This document shows positions 41,036 to 52,386 of a stretch of DNA of 64,000 bases, one piece after another. Source of the stretch: Planctomycetota bacterium (lineage in GTDB: Bacteria; Planctomycetota; UBA1135; UBA2386); NCBI GenBank assembly GCA_046290465.1, contig JBKAGP010000001.1, forward strand, positions 5,568,001 to 5,632,000, given 5' to 3'. A model generated the notes under the pieces. The model saw only the letters and a program-made list of their open reading frames with translations, made no database searches and was not told where the DNA came from. A program made the position numbers and the translations under genes. Numbering within the stretch: the first letter of the stretch is position 1; each line of letters opens with the position of its first letter.

Positions 41036-42271
41036 GTGACCAACTACCTCCTGTTCGGTTTGTTCGCGGTGACCCTCCTGGGCATCGCGAGGTTCCACAA
41101 GTATGCGGTTCAGATCGCCCTGACCGGACTGGTCGGCACGCTGATCATCCGCTTCGCGGTCGGCTTCCCTCCGAGCCACCACAACGAAGACGGCACCGTG
41201 CTCGGCCACTTCGGTGGCGAGTGGAAGGAGCTCGTCAACCTGTCCGGCCTGCTGCTGGGCTTCGCGATCCTCGCCGACTACTTCGAGCGCAGCTACATGC
41301 CGGAGAAGCTCGCCGAGAAGCTGCCGACCGGCAAGATCGGGCCGTTCTTGCTGCTGCTGCTGATCGCGGTGCTGTCGGCGCTGCTCGACAACATCGCCGC
41401 GGCGCTGATCGGCGGTGCCGCCGCGATCACGCTGTTCAAGCGCAAGGTGCACATCGGCTACCTGGCGGCGATGGTCGCCGCGTCGAATGCCGGCGGCGCC
41501 GGCTCGGTGATCGGCGACACGACGACCACGATGATCTGGATCGGCGGTGCGTCGCCGCTGTGGGTGGTCGAAGCGGCGATCGGCGCGGTCGTCGCGATCT
41601 CGTTCTTCGGGATCTTCGCGAGCGCGCAACAGAACTCGCTGCAGCCGCTGATCCGTCCGACCGAGAAGTCGCCGCCGGTCGACAAGACCAAGCTGGTGAT
41701 CGTCGGCATGATCATCGTCGGCACGATCTCGACCAACATCGCGTGGAGCTTCCCCGCCGCGGGCGTGTGGATCGCGATCCTGCTGGGCCAGTTCCTCAGC
41801 AAGGCCAACTGGAAGGCGCTGCCGCACGCGGCGCACGGCATGGTGTTCCTGGTGTGCCTGGTGGCTGCCGCGTCGATGATGCCGGTCGAAGAGCTGCCGG
41901 CGCCGTCCGAGTGGACCGCGCTCGGGCTCGGGTTCGTCTCGGCGTTCTTCGACAACATCCCGCTGACCAAGCTGGCGATCGACCAGGACGGCTACGACTG
42001 GGGCCTGCTGGCCTACACGGTCGGCTACGGCGGTTCGATGCTGTGGTTCGGCTCGTCGGCCGGCGTGGCGCTGGCCGGCCTGTTCACCGAGGCCAAGTCG
42101 GTCAAGAACTGGCTGATCCACGGCTGGCACGTCGCCGTCGGCTACGTGCTCGGCTTCTTCGCGATGCTCGCCGTCATGGGCTGGCACCCGCAACAGATGC
42201 CGGGCAGCGCCGGCGACGGCCACGAAGCCCACGGCAGCGAGACCCCCGGCACACCCGACAAGGGCCACTAG
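41036..42271 (+). CDS. IT-superfamily permease (NhaD/ArsB/citrate transporter-like)
   Basis: LSALLDNIA, ASNAGGAGSVIGDTTT, SAFFDNIP, GSMLWFGSSAG. Confidence 0.85.
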   Translation: MTNYLLFGLFAVTLLGIARFHKYAVQIALTGLVGTLIIRFAVGFPPSHHNEDGTVLGHFGGEWKELVNLSGLLLGFAILADYFERSYMPEKLAEKLPTGKIGPFLLLLLIAVLSALLDNIAAALIGGAAAITLFKRKVHIGYLAAMVAASNAGGAGSVIGDTTTTMIWIGGASPLWVVEAAIGAVVAISFFGIFASAQQNSLQPLIRPTEKSPPVDKTKLVIVGMIIVGTISTNIAWSFPAAGVWIAILLGQFLSKANWKALPHAAHGMVFLVCLVAAASMMPVEELPAPSEWTALGLGFVSAFFDNIPLTKLAIDQDGYDWGLLAYTVGYGGSMLWFGSSAGVALAGLFTEAKSVKNWLIHGWHVAVGYVLGFFAMLAVMGWHPQQMPGSAGDGHEAHGSETPGTPDKGH

Positions 42272-42376
42272 ATCCGTCAGGCTGGTTTCGCGTAGGTCTG
42301 GTTCGGGAACGAGACCTCTCCGACCAGCGCACGGCCGTCGGTTCGAAAGCTCCGGTCGCGGAACCGTTCTTGCCCG

Positions 42377-42463
42377 CTAGCGGGCAAAGCCCCGTCCGCA
42401 CGCCTACACGCTGCTTCCGCGATCACGGTTGGCAGCGCGTCCACTACATGGACGCGCTCCTAG
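42377..42463. repeat. Single unit of the 83-bp CTAG-bounded structured repeat
   Basis: CTAG at 42377 and 42460; the right CTAG contains the TAG stop of opcA. Confidence 0.95.
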
Positions 42464-43401
42464 TGCTTGTCCATGGCCATCACGAGCAGTTCGGCGTCGG
42501 TGGCGCGGAAGGCTGTGTTGGTGAACGGGAGCAGGCAGACCGTCGGGGTGGTGACGTGGGTGACGAGGTTGCCGTCCTGCTGGTCGACGACGACCTCGAT
42601 GTCGCCGACGTGGAGCGACACGTGGGCCGGGCCGAGCAGCGCGTCGTCGCCGGCCGGCTCCAACGTGATCGAAGCTGCAAGTCGCTGGTGCAGCCAGTCG
42701 CGCAGCAGCATCGCCGTGGTGCGCGCCTCGCGGCCGTGACGGATCGTGCCGCGCACCTCGGTGCCCGGCCGCCACTCGAAGCGTTCGAACGCCTCGGCGA
42801 GCGCGCGGCGCCACGGCTGCACGCGCAGCCAGCTCAGGTCGCTGATCTGCTCGCCGCGCTCGCGCCGCTGGCGCAGCAGCTGCAGCTCGCGCTCGGGGTC
42901 GCCGAACGAACGCGAGTCGACGATCGCATGCTGGCACATCTCGGCGAGCGTCTCGAAGTTGGCGCCGTCGGTCGGCCACGGCAGCGCCCACAGCAGGTGG
43001 CTCGGCAGGTCGTCGAGGATCAGCGGACGCAGCAGGCCCGGCATCCGGTGCAGGTCCGCGCTGTGCAGCCGCAGCACGATCTGCTCGAGCACGATGTCCC
43101 GCAGCGGGCCGTGCTTGCGCGTCGTCGCCGTCAGTTCGGCGATCTCCGACGGCGAGTCCTCGTCGATCACCAACAAGAACGCCCGGCACGGCGAACGGCG
43201 CTGCAGCTGCTCGGTCGCGTCGATCAGGCAGCTGGCGTGCGGGGCGCGGGCGATGCCGACGAAGTTGGCGGTCAGCGCGCGGGCCACGTCCGAGCCCTTC
43301 TGGTCCTGCATGCACGCGTCCCACAGCTTGCTCAGCGCGTCGGGCAGCTCGGTCCACGACGCGCGGTGGGTGTCGGTGCGGTCGAACGACGGGCCGTTCA
43401 C
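42460..43401 (-). CDS. opcA: Glucose-6-phosphate dehydrogenase assembly/activator protein
   Basis: GTGA overlap with zwf; PCR, EQIVL, DLP..LW, IVDS, DLSWLRVQPWRRALA. Confidence 0.85.
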   Translation of the reverse strand: MNGPSFDRTDTHRASWTELPDALSKLWDACMQDQKGSDVARALTANFVGIARAPHASCLIDATEQLQRRSPCRAFLLVIDEDSPSEIAELTATTRKHGPLRDIVLEQIVLRLHSADLHRMPGLLRPLILDDLPSHLLWALPWPTDGANFETLAEMCQHAIVDSRSFGDPERELQLLRQRRERGEQISDLSWLRVQPWRRALAEAFERFEWRPGTEVRGTIRHGREARTTAMLLRDWLHQRLAASITLEPAGDDALLGPAHVSLHVGDIEVVVDQQDGNLVTHVTTPTVCLLPFTNTAFRATDAELLVMAMDKH

Positions 43402-44918
43402 GGGCGCCTCCAGGTGCGACCCTCGCCGAGCAGCGCGACCGCGGCCTGCGGGCCCCAGGTGCCGGCGACGTAGCCCTCGGGCTGCTTCTGCGACTGCTGC
43501 CAGCCGGCGATGATCGAGTCGACGATGCGCCACGCCTCCTCGACCTCGTCGGCGCGCGCGAACAGCGTGCCGTCACCGAGCATCGCGTCGTGCAGCAGCC
43601 GTTCGTAGGCGTCGGCGGTCTCGCCGCCGAACGCGGTGCCGTAGCGGAAGTCCATGCGCACGTCGCGGATGCGAACGTCCGGCCCGGGCACCTTGGCCCC
43701 GAAGCGCATCGCGACGCCCTCGTCCGGCTGGATCCGCAGCAGCAGCATGTTGGGCGTCGGCGCCTCGCCGCCCTCGAACAGCGCGTGCGGCGGCTCCTTG
43801 AACTGGATCGCGACCTCGGTCACGCGCCGCGGCATGCGCTTGGCCGACCGCAGGAAGAACGGCGTGCGGGCCCAGCGCCAGTTGTCGATCTGCAGGCGCA
43901 CCGCCGCGTAGGTCTCGGTGACCGAATCGTCCGGCACGCCCTCCTCCTGCTTGTAACCGAGCACGTCCTTGCCGCCGAACGAGCCGGCCGTGTACTGCGC
44001 CCGCACCGTCGCGCGCTCGACCTCGTCGGGCTCGAACGTGCGGATCGCCTTCAGCACCTTGACCTTCTCGTCGCGCACCGCGTCGGCGGTCATCGCCGCC
44101 GGCGGCTCCATCGCGACCAGCGTCAGCACCTGCATCAGGTGGTTCTGGATCATGTCGCGGATCACGCCCGATTCCTCGAAGTAGCCGCCGCGCGAGCCGA
44201 CCCCGATCGACTCGGCGACCGTGATCTGCACGCTGTCGACGAACTTCTCGTTCCAGAGCGGCTCGAAGATGCCGTTGGCGAAGCGCAGCGCGAGGATGTT
44301 CTGGACCGTCTCCTTGCCGAGGTAGTGGTCGATGCGGAACACCTGGCGCTCGTCGAACGCCTGGTTGACCTGCGCGTTCAGGTCCGAGGCGGTCTCGAGG
44401 TCGCGCCCGAACGGCTTCTCGACGATCACCCGCGCGAAGCGGTCGCCCTGCTCGGTCGACAGGCCCGACGCGGCCAGGTTCTGCAGGATGTTGGAGTAGG
44501 CGCTCGGCGGCGTCGCCAGATAGAAGATCCGGTTGCCGGCGGTGCCGCGCGCACGGTCGATCTGGTCGAGGCGCTCCTTGAGCCGCTCGTAGCCGTCGGC
44601 GTCGCTGAAGTCCGACTGGTGGTAGACGAACGCGTCCTCGTGCTGTTCGAAGTGCGCCATCGTCTCCGAACGCCCGAACTGCTCGACGCCCTCGCGCAGC
44701 ACCTCTCGGAACGACTCGTCGGTCCACGGCCGGCGCGCGAAGCCGACCACCGCGAAGCTCGACGGCAGCAGGCCGTCCTTGCTGAGACCCATCAGCGACG
44801 GCACCAGCTTGCGCTTGGTCAGGTCGCCGGTCGCGCCGAAGATCACCAGCACGCACGGCTTCGCCGAGCGCGCCGAACGCAGTTCATCCGCGAGAGGACC
44901 AGGGCTCGTGTTCGCCAT
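43398..44918 (-). CDS. zwf: Glucose-6-phosphate 1-dehydrogenase
   Basis: IFGATGDL, EKPFG, RIDHYLGKE, RDMIQNHL, RIQPDEG, AYERLL. Confidence 0.97.
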   Translation of the reverse strand: MANTSPGPLADELRSARSAKPCVLVIFGATGDLTKRKLVPSLMGLSKDGLLPSSFAVVGFARRPWTDESFREVLREGVEQFGRSETMAHFEQHEDAFVYHQSDFSDADGYERLKERLDQIDRARGTAGNRIFYLATPPSAYSNILQNLAASGLSTEQGDRFARVIVEKPFGRDLETASDLNAQVNQAFDERQVFRIDHYLGKETVQNILALRFANGIFEPLWNEKFVDSVQITVAESIGVGSRGGYFEESGVIRDMIQNHLMQVLTLVAMEPPAAMTADAVRDEKVKVLKAIRTFEPDEVERATVRAQYTAGSFGGKDVLGYKQEEGVPDDSVTETYAAVRLQIDNWRWARTPFFLRSAKRMPRRVTEVAIQFKEPPHALFEGGEAPTPNMLLLRIQPDEGVAMRFGAKVPGPDVRIRDVRMDFRYGTAFGGETADAYERLLHDAMLGDGTLFARADEVEEAWRIVDSIIAGWQQSQKQPEGYVAGTWGPQAAVALLGEGRTWRRP

Positions 44919-45013
44919 GCGATCGCGAGTGTGCCATCGCGGTCGTCGGGATTCACGACCCGTCGTCGAGCGTTCTGCGCTCGATCGCGGTCCGGCCGCG
45001 CCGGCGGCGGCGC

Positions 45014-45528
45014 TCAGCGGGCCTGCGGGAACTCGCGCAGGTCGATCGGCACCACCAGCAGGCGGCGGCGATCCTGCCGCGAGAACAGCTCGTGGGTCCA
45101 GTAGCGCCAGTGCTCGCCGGTCGTCAGCGGGAACACCTCGCGCTCGAGCACGAACGCGCGGCGCTGCTCGACCAGCGCGGTCAGCGCGTCGCACAGCGGG
45201 CCCGGCTGCTGCTCTCGCATCGACGCCAGCACGCGCAGCGCGCGCTCGTACTCGATGCCGGCCAGCGGCCAGCACTCGTGCAGCTCTACCCCGTCACCGG
45301 GGATGCGCGCCGAGCGGCCGTCGAGGAACGTCGCGCGCAGCCGCCCGAGCGTCTCGAGCACGTTGCCGGCCTCGACCTCGGCGATCGGAAGCGGCGGGCC
45401 CGGATCGTACGGCAGCCGGTCCGACAGCCCCTGCAGCCGGACCACCGTGTACGAGATCAACGCGCCCGCCAGGATCACCAGCGCGAACATCGGAAAGCGG
45501 CGGCGGCCGCCGGTCTGCGGCAGCTCGC

Positions 45529-45532
<4 letters not shown>
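45014..45532 (-). CDS. Hypothetical membrane-anchored protein
   Basis: TTGA overlap with the nadA stop (alternative ATG at 45490); N-terminal TM; GC3-rich frame. Confidence 0.6.
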
Positions 45533-46506
<974 letters not shown>

Positions 46507-46688
46507 GCGCGGATCATCGGCCCTGCGCGCAGGGGTGCAAGGTCTGCATTCGCGCGCAATCGGTTTCCGGTCGTCGACCGCGCTGTCGTCTGCATGGGGG
46601 ACGCCGGACGGCGTCGGAGTCGGCGCCGCGGCGCAACGGTTGCGCAGCGGCGATCCGGCTCCTTCCTGCAACCACGAAGGAGATCCCC

Positions 46689-47039
46689 ATGATCCAGTCC
46701 CTGATCCGCTGCGCGGCCGCTGCCGCGGTCTGCGCGTCGCTCGTCACCGCCCAGCAACGCAGTGAGACCTACCCGGTCACCACCACCAACCCGGCCCTGG
46801 TCGGCTTCGTCGCCGACGTCTACGGCAGCAACTTCAACGGCTTCTCGCTGATCGGCTACCAGGCCCGCGTCGACACCCTGCCGTTCGGCAACGGCACCAT
46901 CGAGTCGGTCGACAGCAACGGCTACAAGGACCTCCAGTACGAGTCCGGTGGCTTCAAGTTCAGCGTGCTGCCGGCGCCGTTCGCGTGGGGCGCCTGGTGC
47001 GCCGGCATCGGCGGCGCGATCTTCGAGGTCAAGATCTAG
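46689..47039 (+). CDS. Small secreted beta-rich hypothetical protein
   Basis: AAGGAG RBS; signal peptide ending VTA-QQ; strongly host-like codon usage. Confidence 0.7.
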   Translation: MIQSLIRCAAAAAVCASLVTAQQRSETYPVTTTNPALVGFVADVYGSNFNGFSLIGYQARVDTLPFGNGTIESVDSNGYKDLQYESGGFKFSVLPAPFAWGAWCAGIGGAIFEVKI

Positions 47040-47099
47040 CCGCGGTGGCGCCTCCGTCGCAGCTGCGGCGGGGGCGCCGATCCGCAAACGGAGACAACC

Positions 47100-47579
47100 A
47101 TGTCGCCATCCGCGCACTACACCTGCCTGCCGTTCGTCGCGTGCCTGCTGATCGCATGCGCGACGACCTCGTCGCCGCGCGAGCCCGCAGCGGATCTCGA
47201 CGGCGCTCCGGTGGCCGCCGGGACGAACGCGCCGGCTGTCGCGCCGACCGTCGCGCCGACCGTCGCGCCAGTTGGGCCCGCACCCACCAACCACGACTGC
47301 TGGTGGTTCGAACTGGAGGCCGACGAGCTGGTCGCGGTCTGGCTGAGTCCGCGCCTCGAGGGCCACGTTCCCGGCGGCTTCCGGTTCGTCAACGTCATCT
47401 ACCACGATCCGCGCGCCAAGCTGCCGATCCTGCTGCGCAGCACGCCGGTGCTGTGCGACACCGACGATGCGGTGGTCAAGTCGAGCGGCGTGTTCCCGTC
47501 TCGCATCGCGCCGCTGGATGGGCGCACGTGGGGGCAGGTCGAACGTCGCGACCAGCTCCAGGTCCGCCGCGGCGAGTGA
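47100..47579 (+). CDS. Hypothetical lipoprotein
   Basis: GGAG RBS; LIAC lipobox; VAPT x3 linker. Confidence 0.6.
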   Translation: MSPSAHYTCLPFVACLLIACATTSSPREPAADLDGAPVAAGTNAPAVAPTVAPTVAPVGPAPTNHDCWWFELEADELVAVWLSPRLEGHVPGGFRFVNVIYHDPRAKLPILLRSTPVLCDTDDAVVKSSGVFPSRIAPLDGRTWGQVERRDQLQVRRGE

Positions 47580-47706
47580 GCACAAGTCACGCCGATCGAA
47601 GGGCTTGTGCGAATGTGTCGCGGTCGGTGATTTTTCGTTCCGGTGGCTCGGTGCGCTACCGTCTGGTCTGGTGGCGGAGGCGCGCCCGCGCCTCGCCGAT
47701 CTCGCC

Positions 47707-48402
47707 ATGACCACCGACCTCCCCGACGCTCCGCGCGACGTCGCCGCCCTGCTGGAGGCGGTGCGCCGAGGTGACAAGCAGGCGCTCGACGTGATCGTCG
47801 GGGCGTTCTACGAGCAGGTCGAGCGCGCCGTGCATCGCCGCCTGCAGCTGCGGTTCCGTTCGAACGCGCGCTGGCTGTCGGGCATGTTCAGCACCGGCGA
47901 CATCGTGCACGGTGTGTTCCTCAAGGTGATGACCAGCGACGTGCGGCTCGCCCAGCCTACCGAGGGCCAGCCGACCGAGGCCCAGCTGGTCGCCTACCTG
48001 ATCAAGACGATCGAGTCGCAGATCGTCGACATGACGCGCTACCACCAAGCCGCGCGCCGCGACCGGCGCCGGCACCACAGCCCGACCGAGAGCGGCGATC
48101 GTCTGGCGCAGGTCGCCAACGTCGACGCGACCCCGCTCGAGCAGGCGTGGGGCAACGAGCAGCGGGCGATCTTCCACGAGGTCCTGCAGGGCTTCGGCGA
48201 GCGCGACCGCGAGCTGCTGGCGCTGCGCATCGAGCGCCGCCGCAGCTTCGACGCGATCGCCGAACGGCTCGGCTACAACACTCCGGACGCGGCGCGCAAG
48301 GCGTTCCACAGCGCCAAGGCCCGGCTGCTGGTGCGGCTCGGTGCGCGCGGCATCGACCTGCCGAGCGACGCCGGCGGCGAAGGGGGCATGCGTGTCGGAT
48401 GA
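47707..48402 (+). CDS. ECF-type RNA polymerase sigma factor
   Basis: LLEAVRRGD..A, DIVHGVF, IVDMTRYHQAARRD; region-4 HTH FDAIAERLG...AARKAFHSAKARL. Confidence 0.85.
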   Translation: MTTDLPDAPRDVAALLEAVRRGDKQALDVIVGAFYEQVERAVHRRLQLRFRSNARWLSGMFSTGDIVHGVFLKVMTSDVRLAQPTEGQPTEAQLVAYLIKTIESQIVDMTRYHQAARRDRRRHHSPTESGDRLAQVANVDATPLEQAWGNEQRAIFHEVLQGFGERDRELLALRIERRRSFDAIAERLGYNTPDAARKAFHSAKARLLVRLGARGIDLPSDAGGEGGMRVG

Positions 48403-50893
48403 GCTGGTCGCCAGCTTGCTCGAGACCGCGCTCGAGGCGCGGGCGCGCGGCGAAGAGGTCGACCTCGACGAGATCTGCGCTGGCCACCCCGAGCTGATCC
48501 CGGAGGTCGAACGGCTGCTGCGCATCGACGAGGTCCTCGACCACGAGGCTCCCGACGACGCGCTGGTCGGTCGCGTGCTCGACGATCGCTACGAGTTGCG
48601 GCAGTGCATCGGCGTCGGCGCGATGGGCGCCGTCTACCTGGCCTCCGACCGTACGCTCGGGCGCGAGGTCGCCGTCAAGCTGCTGCAGAACGCGGTGTTC
48701 GCGAGCCCGGAGCGCCACGAACGGTTCGCCCGCGAGGCCAAGGTGCTGGCGGCGCTGCGGCATCCCAACATCGTCAGCGTGTTCGACCACGGCCGCACCG
48801 GCGACGGCCTGCACTACATCGTCATGGAGCGCCTGGTCGGCATGCCGCTGTCCGAGGTGCTGCAGCAGGCCGAGGGCGACGGTCGGCTGCGCAATCGGCG
48901 GCTCGACGACGCGTGGCTGCAGCAGCAGCTGGACGCAGACGTGCGCGGGCTCGGCTACCTGCCGCAGGTCGTGCTGTGGTGCGCGCAGGTCGGCGAAGCG
49001 CTGCGCGAGGCGCACGCCGCCGGCGTCACGCACCGCGACGTCAAGCCGACCAACGTGTTCCTCGACGAGGCGGGCGCGGCGATCCTGCTCGACTTCGGCA
49101 TCGCGGCGCGCGCCGGCGACGGGGCGCTGACCGCGCAGGGGTCGACGATCGGCTCGCCGTGGTACATGGCACCCGAGCAGGTCGAGGCGCGCGGCCCGGT
49201 GTCCGAACGCGTCGACGTCTACGGCCTGTGCGCGACGCTCTACCACCTCGCGACGCTGCGGCCGCCGTTCGAAGGGGACTACGCCGCGGTGCTCGCCCAG
49301 CTGACGACGCGCGAGCCGGTGCCGCCGCGATTCGTGCGGCCGGAGCTGTCGCAGGACCTGTGTGCCGTGATCGAGAAGGGCATGGAGCGTGACCCGGCGC
49401 GCCGCTACGCGTCGATGGCGGAGCTGTGCGACGACCTGCGCGCGCTGGTCGAGCAGCTGCCGGTGAAGGCGCGGCCGATCTCGAGGTTCGGCCGGTGGCT
49501 GCGCTCGGTGCGGCGGCGGCCGGCGCCGTACGTCGCCGCCGCGGCGCTGGTGCTCGCGGTCGGCGTGACCGTGCCGGTCGTCGGCAGCTACCGCGACGGG
49601 GTCGAGGCGCACCAACGGGAGCAGCAGCAGCGCTACCTGCAACTGGTCGCCGGCCTGGATCCGGCGATCGCGTTCGAAGGTTCGTTCGAGCTACGCCCGC
49701 GCCTCGACGCGAACCAGCGGCAGGCCTACGTCGACCGGCTGTCGGCGGCGCTGGAGCTGCGCCCGGACGACCTGTTCGTGCGGCTGTTGCGGTCGTCGCT
49801 GCTGCTGGACCGCGGCGAGCACGATGCGAGCCTGGCCGACATCCGCACGATCGCGACCGGGCACGGCAGCGCCTTCCTGGACGCGTTCGTCAGCCGCTAC
49901 GAGCAGATCGACCGGAGCCGGCCCGGGGTCCTCGGGCTGCGGCTCGACGACCTGCCGCCGGTGGCGACCGAGGTCGACCGGGTGGTGTTCGCGTTCCAGC
50001 TGTGCCGGCGCAAGCAGTTCCCGAGCGCGTTCGAGGTCCTGCGCGACGCCACCGGCGTCACCGCCCGCCAGCTGCGCCTGATGCCGCTGCTGCGGATCGG
50101 CGCGACCGCGTTCCTGGCCCAAAAGCAGCGCGACCAGCTCGACCACCTGCTGGTCGAACTGGACACGCTCGACGAGCAGGTCGGCATCGCGACGGCGCGC
50201 AGCCTCTACTACCGCGGCTGTGTCCTGCAGGTGCTCAAGGAGTGGACCGAGGCCGCCGCGGCGTTCGAGCGTTCGGCGCGGTTGGCGCCGGACGCCTACC
50301 AGACCAACTACAACCTCGGCGTCGTGCTCGCGCGCCTCGGCCGCCGGCAGGAAGCCCTCGAACGGACCGACCGCGCCCGCCGGGTGCGCCCGGACAACGT
50401 CGGCGCCGCGCAGCAGTTCGCCGTGCTGCTGGCGGAACTCGGTCGCTTCGACGAGGCCGACGACGCGGCGCTGTCGTTGCCGGCCAGCGGCCACACCGCC
50501 GAACCGTGGCATCGCGACTTCTTCGTCGGCTACGTGCGCCACCTGCACTGCCTGCACCGCTACGCCAGCGGCGACGCAGCAGCGGCGCGCACGCTGCGCG
50601 ACGAGGCGCTGCAGCTCTATGCCCGCGCCCGGCAGCGCTGCGATGCGCGCCCCGACGTGCGCCGGATCCTCGACAAGAACACCGCCTGGCTCGGCTTCCT
50701 CGACGACGAGCCGGCGGAGCGCTGCGAACGGCTGCTCGAGCAGCTGCAGAAGACGCCGGACAGCCACCTGTACGTGTCCGCGCTGGCGACTGCCGTCGAG
50801 CAGTCGGACTTCGCCGACGACGGCCTCCGCAAGCTGATGGCCTCGTTCCTGCGCGAGCGCGCCCGTCGGCTTCTCGAAGACGAATCGAAGTAG
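48392..50893 (+). CDS. Hanks-type Ser/Thr protein kinase with TM helix and TPR repeats
   Basis: GVGAMG, VAVK, HRDVKPTN, DFG, GSPWYMAPE, DVYGL; TM segment; TPR YNLGVVLARLGR. Confidence 0.93.
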   Translation: MSDELVASLLETALEARARGEEVDLDEICAGHPELIPEVERLLRIDEVLDHEAPDDALVGRVLDDRYELRQCIGVGAMGAVYLASDRTLGREVAVKLLQNAVFASPERHERFAREAKVLAALRHPNIVSVFDHGRTGDGLHYIVMERLVGMPLSEVLQQAEGDGRLRNRRLDDAWLQQQLDADVRGLGYLPQVVLWCAQVGEALREAHAAGVTHRDVKPTNVFLDEAGAAILLDFGIAARAGDGALTAQGSTIGSPWYMAPEQVEARGPVSERVDVYGLCATLYHLATLRPPFEGDYAAVLAQLTTREPVPPRFVRPELSQDLCAVIEKGMERDPARRYASMAELCDDLRALVEQLPVKARPISRFGRWLRSVRRRPAPYVAAAALVLAVGVTVPVVGSYRDGVEAHQREQQQRYLQLVAGLDPAIAFEGSFELRPRLDANQRQAYVDRLSAALELRPDDLFVRLLRSSLLLDRGEHDASLADIRTIATGHGSAFLDAFVSRYEQIDRSRPGVLGLRLDDLPPVATEVDRVVFAFQLCRRKQFPSAFEVLRDATGVTARQLRLMPLLRIGATAFLAQKQRDQLDHLLVELDTLDEQVGIATARSLYYRGCVLQVLKEWTEAAAAFERSARLAPDAYQTNYNLGVVLARLGRRQEALERTDRARRVRPDNVGAAQQFAVLLAELGRFDEADDAALSLPASGHTAEPWHRDFFVGYVRHLHCLHRYASGDAAAARTLRDEALQLYARARQRCDARPDVRRILDKNTAWLGFLDDEPAERCERLLEQLQKTPDSHLYVSALATAVEQSDFADDGLRKLMASFLRERARRLLEDESK

Positions 50894-50901
50894 ACCGAAC
50901 C

Positions 50902-52374
50902 ATGATCAGCCTGACTCTCGCCGTTGCTCTCCTCGCTCCCCAGGATCCGCCGCCGTCGACGCAGCTGATGCAGATGCCGCTCGTGTTCCTGCCCGAAGCC
51001 CCCGGCGACGAACTGATCCAGTCGACTCCCGGCGTCTCGCAAGGACCGCTCGTCGGCTACGACCCGCGGTTCGGGCTCGGCGCGATCGCGCCGCTGCCGG
51101 CCGGGCTCGAGGTCAGCAGCTTCAGCCGCGGCACCGGCCTGATGACCACCGACTGGAGCTACGACAGCACGACCGGCCTGCGCGTACATCCGTCGCTGCC
51201 TTCGGGGGGCTGGGGCTACGTGCTCTACTCGGTGTCGAAGCCCGGGTCGACCTCGTGGGCGACCGGCACCGCCTACCTCGCCGAGGAAGTCGCCGGCGGG
51301 ACCACGGACGGGGACGTCTACGCCTGCGTGATCTCCGGCAGCGGCGAGTTCCCGGACGACCAGGTCGGGGTCGTCAGCAAGATCCGGGACGGCGAGGATC
51401 TCAACGTCGACCGGATCCGCGACCTCGACTCGTATCTCGCGGGCTACACGCTCAGCGACGACTACGGCGACAGCGTCGACATGACGATCGACGAGGACGT
51501 GCTGCGCATCTACTTCACCGTGAAGCGCACCGGTGCGGCCCTCTACTCGGACATCCCGGCGGACTGGTGCGACGATCCGACGCGGACCGACTGGCGCCAT
51601 CCGTCGACCGTGTTCGTCGCCGAATGGCGCGCGTCCGCCGCGCCGGCGGGCGAGTGGGACGTCGACGTGTTCAAGACCTACGACGAGCTCGGCCTCGAGG
51701 ACGGGACCGTCATCGACGGGCTGACGGTGATGAGCCCCAACTGGGACGGCGCGCCCGGGGACGGCACCGGCGCCGAACTGATCCTCAGCACGACGGACAA
51801 GAACCTCGAGCGCCAGGTCTGGGTCTGCGGCTGGTGGTTCGTTCCGGCGCTCGGTGGCCTGACGTGGCACACCGGCGGGCTCTACGTGCAGAACGGCGGG
51901 CTGTTCGTCGAGAACTCGATGGGCCTGAGCAGCTCGGTCGAGCGCGTCGAGGGATTGTGCTTCGAAGATCCGGCGGCGGACTCGGGCACGTCGCCGCGCG
52001 GGCGACTGCGTCGGGAACGTTCGGCGATGATGATCGAGGACGACGGCGACGACCGCCTGCACTACGCCCTGCATCAGGTCTACAACGGCCCGGGGGTCAC
52101 CCCGACGTTCCGTTACCGGGCGACGTTGATGGGGTCGATCCACCCGTCCGAGGTCTATGCGCAGTTGCACCAGTGGGGCGGCCAGGGCACCACGGTGGTC
52201 GGCTACGTGATGCGGGCTCCGAACAGCGCCGACGGCTACCCGCAGTCGATCTCGATCAGCCTGGACCGTTCGCGGGAGCCGGAAGGGGAGGACGTGCTGT
52301 TCGAGTGGCGGGTCTACGGCGTCAACGGGTTCCTCGGCAAGTCGCACCAGTTCCGCCTGCGGCTGCGGCCGTGA
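50902..52374 (+). CDS. Secreted hypothetical protein (acidic, beta-rich)
   Basis: ATG 8 nt after the kinase stop; signal peptide ending LLAPQ; GC3-rich frame. Confidence 0.72.
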   Translation: MISLTLAVALLAPQDPPPSTQLMQMPLVFLPEAPGDELIQSTPGVSQGPLVGYDPRFGLGAIAPLPAGLEVSSFSRGTGLMTTDWSYDSTTGLRVHPSLPSGGWGYVLYSVSKPGSTSWATGTAYLAEEVAGGTTDGDVYACVISGSGEFPDDQVGVVSKIRDGEDLNVDRIRDLDSYLAGYTLSDDYGDSVDMTIDEDVLRIYFTVKRTGAALYSDIPADWCDDPTRTDWRHPSTVFVAEWRASAAPAGEWDVDVFKTYDELGLEDGTVIDGLTVMSPNWDGAPGDGTGAELILSTTDKNLERQVWVCGWWFVPALGGLTWHTGGLYVQNGGLFVENSMGLSSSVERVEGLCFEDPAADSGTSPRGRLRRERSAMMIEDDGDDRLHYALHQVYNGPGVTPTFRYRATLMGSIHPSEVYAQLHQWGGQGTTVVGYVMRAPNSADGYPQSISISLDRSREPEGEDVLFEWRVYGVNGFLGKSHQFRLRLRP

Positions 52375-52386
52375 TGCGGCTATGAC

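Noticed and set aside
42460..44918. zwf-opcA pair as a novelty
   Set aside because: A well-known arrangement in several phyla
47238..47270. 12-bp repeat GTCGCGCCGACC x~3
   Set aside because: Ordinary low-complexity lipoprotein linker (VAPT)
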